The notes below the pieces were generated by a model, which had not been told where the DNA came from, did not search any database, and saw only the letters and a list, made by a program, of their open reading frames with translations. This document shows positions 39,389 through 48,043 of a stretch of DNA of 64,000 bases, one piece after another. Numbering within the stretch: position 1 is the stretch's first letter; each line of letters opens with the position of its first letter. The DNA is from a virus. Both the position numbers and the translations under genes were made by a program. The stretch covers positions 19,922 through 83,921 of IMG/VR virus record IMGVR_UViG_3300047320_000210; one strand, written 5' to 3'.

Positions 39389-39445
39389 AAACTTTGTGTG
39401 CCGTCCTTTCGCGCGGGAGCGGTCACACCAACTTACCCTCAAGAT

Positions 39446-39973
39446 TCAAGTATGAATCACGTTCTCGATTCCTGCCGAAATCTCCTCTGCAGGCCACGGG
39501 TTTACTGGAATTTCACTCGTCTGGAACTCCGGCGAAGTGCCGCGCTGCTCGGCCAGTTTTGCCAGCTTGGCGGCATGCGCCGGGAACGGTTGGATGGTGG
39601 TCATCAGCTTCTTCGTCAGCCGCTGCAACACCAGCGGGCGCTGGTTGATGTGGTAGGGCCGACCGCTTTCATCGTGGGACGGACGGAACAGGCGATAGTC
39701 GCCGTCGCCCATGCCGCGCGCCTTCAGATTCTTGCGCAGGTTGCTGATGCTGGGCTTGTTGGGCAGCGAGAGGATGAACAGATCCCCGGGCTCGCACTGG
39801 TTGTACCGCAGGGCGACCGAGTCATACAGCACGGTGGTCGGTTGGCCCGGGGTGCCCCGCCCCCGGAACTCCTGCGTCATCTGGTCGTAGCCGACCGCGC
39901 CCTGTTTGATCACCTTGAACGTTGCGTCTTCCGGTGACCACTTCGTTGGTTTCTTGACCTTGTCGTCGTTCAT
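39446..39973 (-). CDS. Hypothetical protein
   Basis: 175-aa ORF with plausible RBS and composition. Confidence 0.65.
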   Translation of the reverse strand: MNDDKVKKPTKWSPEDATFKVIKQGAVGYDQMTQEFRGRGTPGQPTTVLYDSVALRYNQCEPGDLFILSLPNKPSISNLRKNLKARGMGDGDYRLFRPSHDESGRPYHINQRPLVLQRLTKKLMTTIQPFPAHAAKLAKLAEQRGTSPEFQTSEIPVNPWPAEEISAGIENVIHT

Positions 39974-40026
39974 GAACTACCCCCAGCTCTGGTTCGGATA
40001 GCGGTCGAATACCCGCCGCCTACCTG

Positions 40027-40464
40027 TCAGCTTAGACGGTAGAAATCCGACATCGGCAGGGTCATCAACGGTTTGAACGCGCCTTTGCTGCGCGGCAGCC
40101 GTGCCAGCGGCTGCGGTTCGAGGGTGGTGCGGACCATCTGAAATACCTGTGCGTTCCATGGGCCACCCGCCGGGCCGATGCGGTTGACCCTGACCTGCAG
40201 CAGCTCGCCATCGGCGAAGAACTGGAAGCGCGCCGCGCCGTCGACCATGCGCCCCTGCTGCACGGCCCACAGCACGATCGAGGTCGCGCAGGAACTGGCC
40301 AGCAGGCGCATGGCGTTCTCCGGCTGGACCTTGCGGGTCAGGCACATGTCGAATTTTCCGTAGTGCCTGAGCACCCGTTCCAGCGGGCCACACTCGACCG
40401 GGATCACGGCCGGGGGCATGCCGCGTTTGGCGCGGAAGTCCGCGAGACTGGCAATTTTGTTCAT
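40027..40464 (-). CDS. Hypothetical protein
   Basis: AAGGAG RBS; 145 aa. Confidence 0.7.
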   Translation of the reverse strand: MNKIASLADFRAKRGMPPAVIPVECGPLERVLRHYGKFDMCLTRKVQPENAMRLLASSCATSIVLWAVQQGRMVDGAARFQFFADGELLQVRVNRIGPAGGPWNAQVFQMVRTTLEPQPLARLPRSKGAFKPLMTLPMSDFYRLS

Positions 40465-40468
40465 GGTG

Positions 40469-41197
40469 TCACTCCTTCTCAGGTGGGTTCAGCAGACGCA
40501 AGATCCAGTGCTCCTTGAACAGCCGGTCGCTCGGGTCTTTGTCAGGGTCTACATCGATGTCGGGGCGCGCCGGCAGGAACTGGATGCGTTCCAGTGGCGC
40601 GGCCTTGGGGAATTCCAGTTTGAACACTGGGCGTGGCAGGCGCGTCAGCGGGCTGGGTTCCTGCAGGTAGGCGGCGAGCTGAAACTCGTCGCCGAGCAAG
40701 CGCTCGCCGAGGCCCAGGATTTCGTAGGACGGGTACTCGTTGGCGAGGAACACCAGCACCAGCCAGTCCTCGCCCGGCAGCACGAGGCCGAACAGGTCGG
40801 TGAGGATGGTCAGGGTGAATTCGGCTTCGTCCGGTTCCAGCACCACGCCCTCGGGCCAATCCCTGCGCAGGTCGGCCAGCGGGAACGTGACACGCGACCA
40901 GCTGCTGCGGGCCACGGCCTTGAGGGTGTAGGCCGCCCACAGGTCGCCGGCGAAACCAAGGGCCAGGGTCCATTGCCCTGGTGCCAGTTCCGACAGGCCG
41001 ACCGACTTCAACCGGCGGCGCGCTTCGGCGTGCAGGATGTAGGTCAGGAAGCCTTCACCGTCGCGGCCGGTGAGCAGTTCGATCCACTCGTCCGGCTCGG
41101 CGGCCTGCGGAAACAGATGGAACGCCCGGCACGGCGACTGCTCGTAGGTGAGCGCCGCGAGGCGGCGCTCTTGTTCGCGGATCTGTTCAGGTTTCAT
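40469..41197 (-). CDS. Hypothetical protein
   Basis: GGAG RBS; coupled to upstream gene; 242 aa. Confidence 0.7.
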   Translation of the reverse strand: MKPEQIREQERRLAALTYEQSPCRAFHLFPQAAEPDEWIELLTGRDGEGFLTYILHAEARRRLKSVGLSELAPGQWTLALGFAGDLWAAYTLKAVARSSWSRVTFPLADLRRDWPEGVVLEPDEAEFTLTILTDLFGLVLPGEDWLVLVFLANEYPSYEILGLGERLLGDEFQLAAYLQEPSPLTRLPRPVFKLEFPKAAPLERIQFLPARPDIDVDPDKDPSDRLFKEHWILRLLNPPEKE

Positions 41198-41457
41198 AGG
41201 CTCTCCAGCAAAACGGGCGCTTCCAACAAGCGCCCGACGTTAAAACTGCGCAGCGCCTTCGCCTCCATGTCCCACACCAGCAGGTGATCGTCGGGCATGG
41301 GGCGACCGGGGCGTCCTCCCGGGGAGGACGGCGGTGGCGGTGGCATGTGAGTGGGGTGCAGCGTGGCCAGCATGGTGCGCTCGGTGTTGTCGGCTTTGAG
41401 GAACACGAGTCGAATGACGCCTTTTTCCAGCAGCGCTCTGAGGTCTTGGGTGTGCAT
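41194..41457 (-). CDS. SH3-fold WYL_2/DUF2693-like protein
   Basis: FLKADNTERTMLATL..VWDME..LRSF signature. Confidence 0.75.
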   Translation of the reverse strand: MHTQDLRALLEKGVIRLVFLKADNTERTMLATLHPTHMPPPPPSSPGGRPGRPMPDDHLLVWDMEAKALRSFNVGRLLEAPVLLESL

Positions 41458-41609
41458 CGCGGAGGTCTCGCCTACGTTCCGACTCGGGCGGTCGGATTCA
41501 TTTGAGCGTAGTCAGCGGTCAGCGATTTCGGATTCGATGCCACACTGTAGGTGGGGCTAGCGCCCTTCCCTCTTTTCAGCCGCCGCCCACTGCGGGCATG
41601 GAGAACGAC

Positions 41610-41834
41610 GTGAGCAACGCACCCACCCCAACCCCTGCCCAACCCCCTGCCCCAGTCAAGAAGACCAAGCCATGGCCGGAGGCGCACGCCACGAACGGTG
41701 CGTGGGAGGCCAACTCCAACACCGGGCGGGCGCACACCTGCATCCAGTTCCTGCAGGCCCACGGCTTCCTCACCGAGGGCCAGGCCGAAACGCTGCGCAC
41801 CCAGGTGGTGGAGCGCAGCGCCGACGCCGGCTAG
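41610..41834 (+). CDS. Small hypothetical protein, oriented against its neighbours
   Basis: GGAG RBS and GTG start; fills the gap between - strand genes; convergent stop overlap at 41831-41834. Confidence 0.55.
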   Translation: MSNAPTPTPAQPPAPVKKTKPWPEAHATNGAWEANSNTGRAHTCIQFLQAHGFLTEGQAETLRTQVVERSADAG

Positions 41835-42070
41835 GGTTTGCCATCGCGCTGGGCGGTCCCGCCCAGCGCATACCACGTCATCAGGTTACCGCTGGCGTCC
41901 GTGGGCCACTCGGGGTGTTCCTCGTGGCCGCTGGGGGCCGTGAACTCCATGCAGTCTTCGTCCGGGCAGTGTTCGCCCGAGGGCGAGTGACAGTCGCGGG
42001 TCGGTTCCTGCCACGCGTTACCGCACGCCTCGCACAGGAACATCCGATAGCCCGGGGTCAGGCGTCTCAT
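41831..42070 (-). CDS. Small Cys-rich (zinc-ribbon-like) protein
   Basis: CEAC..C..CPDEDC. Confidence 0.55.
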   Translation of the reverse strand: MRRLTPGYRMFLCEACGNAWQEPTRDCHSPSGEHCPDEDCMEFTAPSGHEEHPEWPTDASGNLMTWYALGGTAQRDGKP

Positions 42071-42083
42071 GACCCGCACTTCG

Positions 42084-42530
42084 TCAGGTAGCTGTCCGTT
42101 TCCATTTGCGTCGGGGCTCCTTGAAGATGGTGCTCGGGCACCAAAACGGCGCCCGCTTGGGTTTAGGGAAGCGCAGGTAACGATCATGCTCGCGCAGCGC
42201 GTCGTAGCGCTGCAGGCGGTCGGCATACGCCTGCACCGTTTCGACCACGTCCTTGTGCCCGGCTTCCGCTTCGGCCCAGGTGCAGTAGCGCACCATTTCT
42301 TCGTTGAGAAACCCGCCGCCGAAGACCATGGTTTCAAACAACACCGGCGGATGGTTGGGGCCGTACCAGTTGTGGTCCATGCTGAGAAAGACCGTACTGA
42401 TTTCCGCCCTGCCGACGAAGTCCTTGGCCACACGGCGGTCGGCCTTCTGATACCAGTTGGCCCACTCCATCAAGTCGAAGACCTGCACCGGCGTCTGCCC
42501 GTCGAGGATGTATTTATCTTCAACGCGCAT
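42084..42530 (-). CDS. Conserved phage hypothetical protein
   Basis: ISTVFL..PVLFETMVFGG..RYCTWAEAEAGH motif. Confidence 0.7.
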   Translation of the reverse strand: MRVEDKYILDGQTPVQVFDLMEWANWYQKADRRVAKDFVGRAEISTVFLSMDHNWYGPNHPPVLFETMVFGGGFLNEEMVRYCTWAEAEAGHKDVVETVQAYADRLQRYDALREHDRYLRFPKPKRAPFWCPSTIFKEPRRKWKRTAT

Positions 42531-42534
42531 GGGG

Positions 42535-42909
42535 TTAGATCGGCTTCGCCCAAGTCAGGACGGTCTTCAAACCGAACTGCTCGATCCAGCCCTTGATGGT
42601 GAGGTGATCGCGGCGGCCGGAGTCAACCACGTCGCCGCTGTGCGGGTTGGTCCAGCGTTTCATCTTGCCCACATGCGCCTTGCCTTTAGGCGCGCTCGAC
42701 TTCTCGGCGGCCTTGATCGCCATCTGCTGCCCGTGCATGAAGGCGTACAGCTTGTCCTTGGACATCGAGTATTTAGACAGCAGGTCTTCCAGCTCGGCGT
42801 CGAATTCCAGTTCGCGTTTCAGCTCAGGATCATTCCTGAGTTCTTCGACGGCGGTAACTTGTTTGGCCAGCGCCAATTGCGCGGCTTTAAACTCGGCGAT
42901 CTTGAACAT
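42535..42909 (-). CDS. mvaT: MvaT/H-NS-family nucleoid protein
   Basis: DPELKRELEF..L..Y N-terminal region and NPHSGDVV..H..IKGW..FG C-terminal region match MvaT. Confidence 0.88.
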   Translation of the reverse strand: MFKIAEFKAAQLALAKQVTAVEELRNDPELKRELEFDAELEDLLSKYSMSKDKLYAFMHGQQMAIKAAEKSSAPKGKAHVGKMKRWTNPHSGDVVDSGRRDHLTIKGWIEQFGLKTVLTWAKPI

Positions 42910-42955
42910 CTGTACTTCCTTAGTGGGGTAATTTCAACGGTTCAGCAGGTGGAAC

Positions 42956-43342
42956 TTAGGCCTGTAGCCACGACTGCACGACGTCTTCGCCGTAGGTCTC
43001 GACCCACAGTTTGTAGGTGCCGTGGCTCAGGCGTTTGATCGTCAGCACGTCGCCGGTGTGGGGGTTGAGGAACGTCTTTGCGTCCTCGGGACCAGTCGCG
43101 CGAGTCGCCTTAGTCTTGCTGGCGACCGGCTTCTTGTAGAAGTCCGAGGTGATGTCCGCTTTCAAGAACAGCTGCAGCTTGACCTTGTTCATCGAGTGCT
43201 GCGCAAGGAAGTCGTCCAGGGCCACGTCGAAGGCTATCTCTTTCTGCAGTTGCGGGTCTTGCTTGAGGGCTTCGAGGTAGGTGTACTTCTGAGCAAGTTG
43301 CAGTTCGAGTTCGCGGTACTGTTCAATAGCTAACATAGGCAT
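42956..43342 (-). CDS. mvaT: MvaT/H-NS-family nucleoid protein (second paralog)
   Basis: IEQYRE..DPQLQKEIAF..NPHTGDVL..H..KLWVETYGEDVVQSW. Confidence 0.88.
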   Translation of the reverse strand: MPMLAIEQYRELELQLAQKYTYLEALKQDPQLQKEIAFDVALDDFLAQHSMNKVKLQLFLKADITSDFYKKPVASKTKATRATGPEDAKTFLNPHTGDVLTIKRLSHGTYKLWVETYGEDVVQSWLQA

Positions 43343-43404
43343 GTCCTTATTATTAAAAGAATATGGGCAGCTAAGAAGCTGCCCGGCACGCAGACTACAC
43401 GAAG

Positions 43405-44019
43405 TTAAATCTCGCGAGCATATTCTTTGCGGGTGATGGCGATGGTTTCGATAACACGTAAGCCGTACTCGCGGGCCTTACGGCCTGCCGCTAGTTCGGC
43501 TTCTAAGGTATTGATACCGGGGTCACAGTGATAGAACGGAATTAGCGTGCCATCAGCACGCGCCACCTGTAGCACCACTTCGATCTGCCGCTTGATTAGC
43601 GTGGCGTGGTGTTTGGTTTTAGGGCGCGTGAAGGCCGCTTCGGCTGTTTCTAACGGCGGCTTGGCTTTAAGCGGGGTTTTCTTCTTAACGACAACGGGAG
43701 CAGGTTCAGCGGGGGTTGTATCTAAGCCCCAGTCGCGCCGCAGTTGCGCTGCGAGGTCGTCTAACTCGGCCCGCTGTTGGGCGGCGGCGGTTAGCGGGGA
43801 CGGGTCTGAACTGTTGAACGTTATCTGATCTAGGGTAGACGCTTGAAGCAAGGCCAGCTGGGCTTGTTGTTCAGCTAATTTGCGCTTGGCTTCTTTCTTC
43901 TTGGATACAAAGGGGCGGTGCTTGGGCTCGGGCTCTACGATGATTGACGCTAACACACTGCGTATGCCGGCCTCTGTGTTAGCCAGTCTGCTAAATCCTG
44001 ATGATGTATTCAAAGCCAT
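43405..44019 (-). CDS. Hypothetical protein with lower GC
   Basis: AAGGA RBS; 204 aa; many TTA/CTA codons. Confidence 0.65.
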   Translation of the reverse strand: MALNTSSGFSRLANTEAGIRSVLASIIVEPEPKHRPFVSKKKEAKRKLAEQQAQLALLQASTLDQITFNSSDPSPLTAAAQQRAELDDLAAQLRRDWGLDTTPAEPAPVVVKKKTPLKAKPPLETAEAAFTRPKTKHHATLIKRQIEVVLQVARADGTLIPFYHCDPGINTLEAELAAGRKAREYGLRVIETIAITRKEYAREI

Positions 44020-44212
44020 TCGTCTAGTCCTTTTCTTCTTCGAGTGTTAGGGCGTCCTGCAGCGCATAAACTGCCAACATTCAAAAGCTTATACAAGCCC
44101 CCTTAGCATTTTGCCTGCATTATTTTAGGACCCCAAGGTTGCCCCTGTTCCCGGGCAACGTAGAGCGTAGCAGAGGCCAACAGGTGCGCTAAGTTTTGTC
44201 AACTGCGCCTTT

Positions 44213-44485
44213 CTAACCTCCAAAACTTAGCTGATTACCGGACAGGTCCCAGACCTGCGCAGCCCACAGCAACACGTCTCGCAAGGGTAAGCCAGTCTGT
44301 TCGGCGAGGGGTCGGTAGTGGTCCAACATCTTCTGCGCACCCTGGTCGCGAAAGTGATATTCGAAGGCGTCGTTACGAAAGTACAGCACCGACGGCAGCA
44401 TAAAATCGACGTCCAGGTACTGCCCCTCGCCGCGCACTTTTCGACAGGTGGCAAGGATCTGCGTGGTCAGATTAGCGTCGTTCAT
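44213..44485 (-). CDS. Hypothetical protein
   Basis: GAGG RBS; ATGA coupling. Confidence 0.6.
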   Translation of the reverse strand: MNDANLTTQILATCRKVRGEGQYLDVDFMLPSVLYFRNDAFEYHFRDQGAQKMLDHYRPLAEQTGLPLRDVLLWAAQVWDLSGNQLSFGG

Positions 44486-45039
44486 GGTCGGCCCTCGCTC
44501 GCGGGAATCTCCCCGTAGCAGCATTCACAGCTCAGTGGCTGGGTGTAACGCAGTTCGGTGCCGACCACCCGCAGGGTGTACGACTCGGGGTGCCGCAGAC
44601 CGAAGATCAGGTCGCGCAGCTGTTCACGCACGCACTGGCGGCAGACCGCCGTGCCTTCGTCGGTGAAGAACACGTAGCGGTGGCCCTCGACGCTGTCTTC
44701 CATGAAGCGCAGCGTGGCGCGCAACTGGTGGCCGTCGACGATCTGGTAGAACAGCTCGCGGTAGCCGGTGCGCAGGCGCTTGCCGGTGAGCCGGTCGTAG
44801 AGGTCGCCGTGGACCTCTTCGAAGTAGCCCTGGCCGTGCCAGAAGCCCACCAGCCAGCCGAAGATCGCATCGGCGCGCTGCGGGGTGTTGCGGTAGATCG
44901 GCGCCTGTCCTGGTGCGCCGACCATCCACTGGCCGAGGTGCTGGCCGCCCATCACCGGCCGGGGTGAGAACGGCGCCGTCGCGGGGTCCGGCAAGGGGCT
45001 CAGGTCGAGACACGCATGTACACGCGACGGGTAGCCCAT
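44482..45039 (-). CDS. Hypothetical protein with CxxC pairs
   Basis: GGAGAAGGA RBS; CRQC and CECC. Confidence 0.65.
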   Translation of the reverse strand: MGYPSRVHACLDLSPLPDPATAPFSPRPVMGGQHLGQWMVGAPGQAPIYRNTPQRADAIFGWLVGFWHGQGYFEEVHGDLYDRLTGKRLRTGYRELFYQIVDGHQLRATLRFMEDSVEGHRYVFFTDEGTAVCRQCVREQLRDLIFGLRHPESYTLRVVGTELRYTQPLSCECCYGEIPASEGRP

Positions 45040-45051
45040 GTCCTTCTCCCT

Positions 45052-46068
45052 TTACTGGTCCATGAATACTTCTATGAAGGCTTGCGCGGCTTTCGCGTTG
45101 ACGGCATTGCCATAGGCGCGCAGGCGTCCCACTCGGGCGGGTATCCCATGAGCCAACGGGAATGTTCCGGCCTCAACTGGCCGCCACCTTCCATCTCGGC
45201 AGCCGAGCCAGTCAGCGTCTCGCCAGAAGCTGTTAACCGGGCCGGGGTGCACAGGTAGGCCTGCCGCGGCAGCTGGTCGTTGCGTTCCTTGCCGTCCCGC
45301 GTGGCGACCATGCCCGGGGTGTCCTTGTGGTCCCGGGTGGTCGGCGTGGTCCAGCCACATAGGTGATAGGCCACCACGTCCACCGTCTTGCGCGAGCTGT
45401 CGTTGTTCCCCGCCGCGTTGTTCCCGTTCTGTGCCGGGGTTCCCGCCATCGGGGTCGGCCAGCCCGCCAAGGTGACCGCTGCGGCCAAGTCCGGCCCGTG
45501 GTTGCGCATCGCTTCGCGCATCCCACCCTCGGTTGAGCGCACGCCCTTGTCCGCCAGACTGGCGGTTGGCGTAGGCCACCCAGTAAAGCCGGTCACGGAT
45601 GTGCGGCGCGCCGACCCCCGCAGACGGGAACGGGACGGCCCCGAAGGCGTAATCCAGGGCTTCCAGGTTAGCGTGTACAAGGTCGACCCAAGGGTCGACA
45701 GGCTTGCTTGCAACCTGCTCTCCAAAGATGACTGCAGGCTTTGACTGCTCGATGAGCCAGGCAAAACTTGGCCAGAGGTGTCTTGGGTCCTCAAACCCCG
45801 CTCCAGCGCCTGCCGCGGAGAAAGGCTGACACGGACAAGATCCAGACCATACAGCCCGGTCATCAGGCCATCCAGCGGCGCGGAGGGCATAAGACCAGCC
45901 CCCAAGGCCGGCGAAGAAATGGCACTGGGTGAACCCGAACAGGTCACGGGGCTCGACATCTTCGATACTCCTTTCGTCCACGACACCGGGGGCGATCAGG
46001 CCCGCCGTGATCAGGTTGCGCAGCCACTGCGCGGCGTAGGGATCGATCTCGTTGTAATACGCGGCCAT
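45052..46068 (-). CDS. DNA (cytosine-5) methyltransferase, catalytic (alpha) polypeptide
   Basis: NEID (II), FFAGLGG (I), SCPCQPFS (IV), GEQV (VI), APHIRDRLY (VIII), YGNAV (X); motif IX is absent from this frame. Confidence 0.9.
   Translation of the reverse strand: MAAYYNEIDPYAAQWLRNLITAGLIAPGVVDERSIEDVEPRDLFGFTQCHFFAGLGGWSYALRAAGWPDDRAVWSGSCPCQPFSAAGAGAGFEDPRHLWPSFAWLIEQSKPAVIFGEQVASKPVDPWVDLVHANLEALDYAFGAVPFPSAGVGAPHIRDRLYWVAYANRQSGGQGRALNRGWDARSDAQPRAGLGRSGHLGGLADPDGGNPGTEREQRGGEQRQLAQDGGRGGLSPMWLDHADHPGPQGHPGHGRHAGRQGTQRPAAAAGLPVHPGPVNSFWRDADWLGCRDGRWRPVEAGTFPLAHGIPARVGRLRAYGNAVNAKAAQAFIEVFMDQ
45072..45986 (-). CDS. Nested out-of-frame ORF: putative MTase beta polypeptide (TRD repeats plus motif IX)
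   Basis: Three W(P/T)TP units and GQLRPEHSRWLMGYP (motif IX-like); the true start codon is uncertain. Confidence 0.7.
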   Translation of the reverse strand: MSWTKGVSKMSSPVTCSGSPSAISSPALGAGLMPSAPLDGLMTGLYGLDLVRVSLSPRQALERGLRTQDTSGQVLPGSSSSQSLQSSLESRLQASLSTLGSTLYTLTWKPWITPSGPSRSRLRGSARRTSVTGFTGWPTPTASLADKGVRSTEGGMREAMRNHGPDLAAAVTLAGWPTPMAGTPAQNGNNAAGNNDSSRKTVDVVAYHLCGWTTPTTRDHKDTPGMVATRDGKERNDQLPRQAYLCTPARLTASGETLTGSAAEMEGGGQLRPEHSRWLMGYPPEWDACAPMAMPSTRKPRKPS

Positions 46069-46071
46069 GCC

Positions 46072-46290
46072 CTACCCCCAGCGCTGCAGCTGAACGTCGA
46101 TGATTTCGTTCTGCGGGTAGTGCTGGGCCAGCCAGAGAAAGGCATCGCCATAGTCCGGGGCTACCACGGGCACCTGCCAGCGTCGACCGTCCGGCGTTTC
46201 CAGGGTGGCCAAAAAGTAGCTGTCACGCAGCGCGAACGCCCGTGTCCACCAGTCTTGCAGCCGCACTTTCGCCTGCAGAATCCAGAACAT
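46072..46290 (-). CDS. Small hypothetical protein
   Basis: Fills the gap between genes; GAGG upstream. Confidence 0.5.
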   Translation of the reverse strand: MFWILQAKVRLQDWWTRAFALRDSYFLATLETPDGRRWQVPVVAPDYGDAFLWLAQHYPQNEIIDVQLQRWG

Positions 46291-46299
46291 ACCCAGCCC

Positions 46300-46824
46300 T
46301 CAAGCGCGGTTGAGAATGTCGTTGATCCGGTCGACCAGCACAGAGGTGGAGACCTTGCGCGTGCCCTTGACCAGCCGACTCTGCAGCAGGTTGCACAGCT
46401 GGCGCAGCAGCGGCTCGGCCTGGGCGAAAGTGCGTTCCAGACGGCGGGTCATGGAGGTTTCGGGGAACTGCCAGCCCTCGAACGGCTGGCCGCTGATCAG
46501 GCGCACGGTGGGGGCCAAGGGTGGCCAGACCGCTTCGGGCACCTGACTCTCGGGGTTGAATTTTTTCGGGGTGTAGGCCTCGATCACGTTGCGCGACAGC
46601 ATCGAGCAGTCGACGTCACGGCCGCCGCCTTCGAAGCCGGGCAGCGCGACGATGCTGTACGTGGTGTCACGGTGCTTGGCTTGCACCGCCACCGCCAGAA
46701 TCTCGGTGCCGCAGGGCAAGGTGTGCCGAAGGGTGCGCAACGTCAGCGGGATGGCCTGCTGCGCACGCGGGGCGGGTGGGTTGGCGGGGGGGAGATCCAT
46801 GCAAACCAGTTGTTCCATTAACAT
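46300..46824 (-). CDS. Hypothetical protein
   Basis: AGGAG RBS; 174 aa. Confidence 0.65.
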   Translation of the reverse strand: MLMEQLVCMDLPPANPPAPRAQQAIPLTLRTLRHTLPCGTEILAVAVQAKHRDTTYSIVALPGFEGGGRDVDCSMLSRNVIEAYTPKKFNPESQVPEAVWPPLAPTVRLISGQPFEGWQFPETSMTRRLERTFAQAEPLLRQLCNLLQSRLVKGTRKVSTSVLVDRINDILNRA

Positions 46825-46866
46825 GTTCAGGCTCCTGGCAGATCATTCTGCCGTTTAGTTATTTCC

Positions 46867-47118
46867 CTAGTGCAGCCGGTAAATCGTCACGCTGTCTGCC
46901 AAGCCGTCAGCCCCCCACAGGGAGACCGGGCACAGCTGAACCTTCAGGTCAAACAACCCGAAAAGGATTCGTGGATCGAGGGGTGGTGCTCCATTCTGCA
47001 AGCGGTAGCCGCTCAGGGCGGCCAGTACGGCGTCGTGGTCGACGCACTGAATCACGGTCTCGGTAAAGGCCACGCTCCCTGTGTCGATCTCCCAGCGCTT
47101 CTTACTGACTACGTGCAC
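46867..47118 (-). CDS. Small hypothetical protein
   Basis: GGAG RBS and GTG start. Confidence 0.5.
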   Translation of the reverse strand: MHVVSKKRWEIDTGSVAFTETVIQCVDHDAVLAALSGYRLQNGAPPLDPRILFGLFDLKVQLCPVSLWGADGLADSVTIYRLH

Positions 47119-47192
47119 GGCGATCTCCCAACCAACCCGCCCCAGTCATTTAACGATAGTCGGGGTTCCCAAACCCGATGTCATATTGCCCA

Positions 47193-47245
47193 AACTAGCA
47201 ACGGCGAATTGCTAGTTCGTAATTGCTTGTTAGTAATTAACAGTT
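47193..47245. repeat. AT-rich heptad array A (includes inverted repeat AACTAGCAA..TTGCTAGTT)
   Basis: GCGAATT GCTAGTT CGTAATT GCTTGTT AGTAATT AACAGTT. Confidence 0.75.
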
Positions 47246-47275
47246 AGCGAAGGCCCTGGACCGGGCCTTGCGGGG

Positions 47276-47503
47276 CTACTTGGCAATCCACTCGGCGTAA
47301 CCAACCAGTTCCATTTCTTCCCAGTTGGCGCGGTAGTAGGCCAGTCCGCCGGGCTCCCCTTCCCCGATGCTCGTGATGTAGCCCTTGCAGCCCCAGGTTC
47401 TGGACTCGGTCACTACCATGAAGCAGGCGGCGAAACTTTTGTTGCCGACGGTTTCCGGGTTCAGCTGCACGACGGTGCCGCTTCGCAGTTCTTGCGCTTT
47501 CAT
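47276..47503 (-). CDS. Small SH3-like hypothetical protein
   Basis: VVQL..FAACFMVVTE..WGCKGY; 75 aa. Confidence 0.65.
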   Translation of the reverse strand: MKAQELRSGTVVQLNPETVGNKSFAACFMVVTESRTWGCKGYITSIGEGEPGGLAYYRANWEEMELVGYAEWIAK

Positions 47504-47517
47504 AAGGTCTCACTTTC

Positions 47518-47751
47518 CTAGGGGTTGTTCTCTTCCTGCACCACCACCAGGGCATCGAGCAGCATGTCGGCGACCCGCAACGGGTACTTGGCGGTGATGA
47601 AGCGGCGCACGCCGTGTCGGTCGGCCTGCGGGATCTTCTTCAGGATGCTTTTGGCGGTGGCGCGCACCGCCGCGTCGGTGCCGTGGATGCGCGCGGCGAG
47701 GGTGATCATCAGCACGATGTCGAGTGCGTCGTATTGACGCTTAGCGGGCAT
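47518..47751 (-). CDS. Small hypothetical protein
   Basis: TGATG coupling. Confidence 0.65.
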   Translation of the reverse strand: MPAKRQYDALDIVLMITLAARIHGTDAAVRATAKSILKKIPQADRHGVRRFITAKYPLRVADMLLDALVVVQEENNP

Positions 47752-47969
47752 CAGCTCAACCCCACGGTCTGCATGGACTTGCTGCGCACGCGCACGGTTT
47801 CAACCCGGTAGGTCACCAACGGGGCTTTACCCCGCAGCTGCCGCAGGCGGGCGTCCGCTTCGTCACGGTCGAAGGTGGTGTGTAGGGTCACCCAACCGTG
47901 GCCGACGTAGAGGCCCTGCACATGGAGAAGGTCGTAGGTGATGCGGCGTGAGGGGCGCGGGGCACGCAT
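47751..47969 (-). CDS. Small hypothetical protein
   Basis: AAGGAAG RBS; VQGLY..GW motif. Confidence 0.55.
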   Translation of the reverse strand: MRAPRPSRRITYDLLHVQGLYVGHGWVTLHTTFDRDEADARLRQLRGKAPLVTYRVETVRVRSKSMQTVGLS

Positions 47970-48043
47970 GGGAGGCTTCCTTGTTCTTGGAATTCTCCCC
48001 ACACATTGCCTTGGTTGCAGCTGGCCAGCAACCGCAGGTCGGG

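Noticed and set aside
41460-41600. tRNA or ribozyme
   Set aside because: No cloverleaf with a properly placed T-loop and acceptor stem, and no hammerhead core; no tRNA was recognised anywhere in the window by eye.
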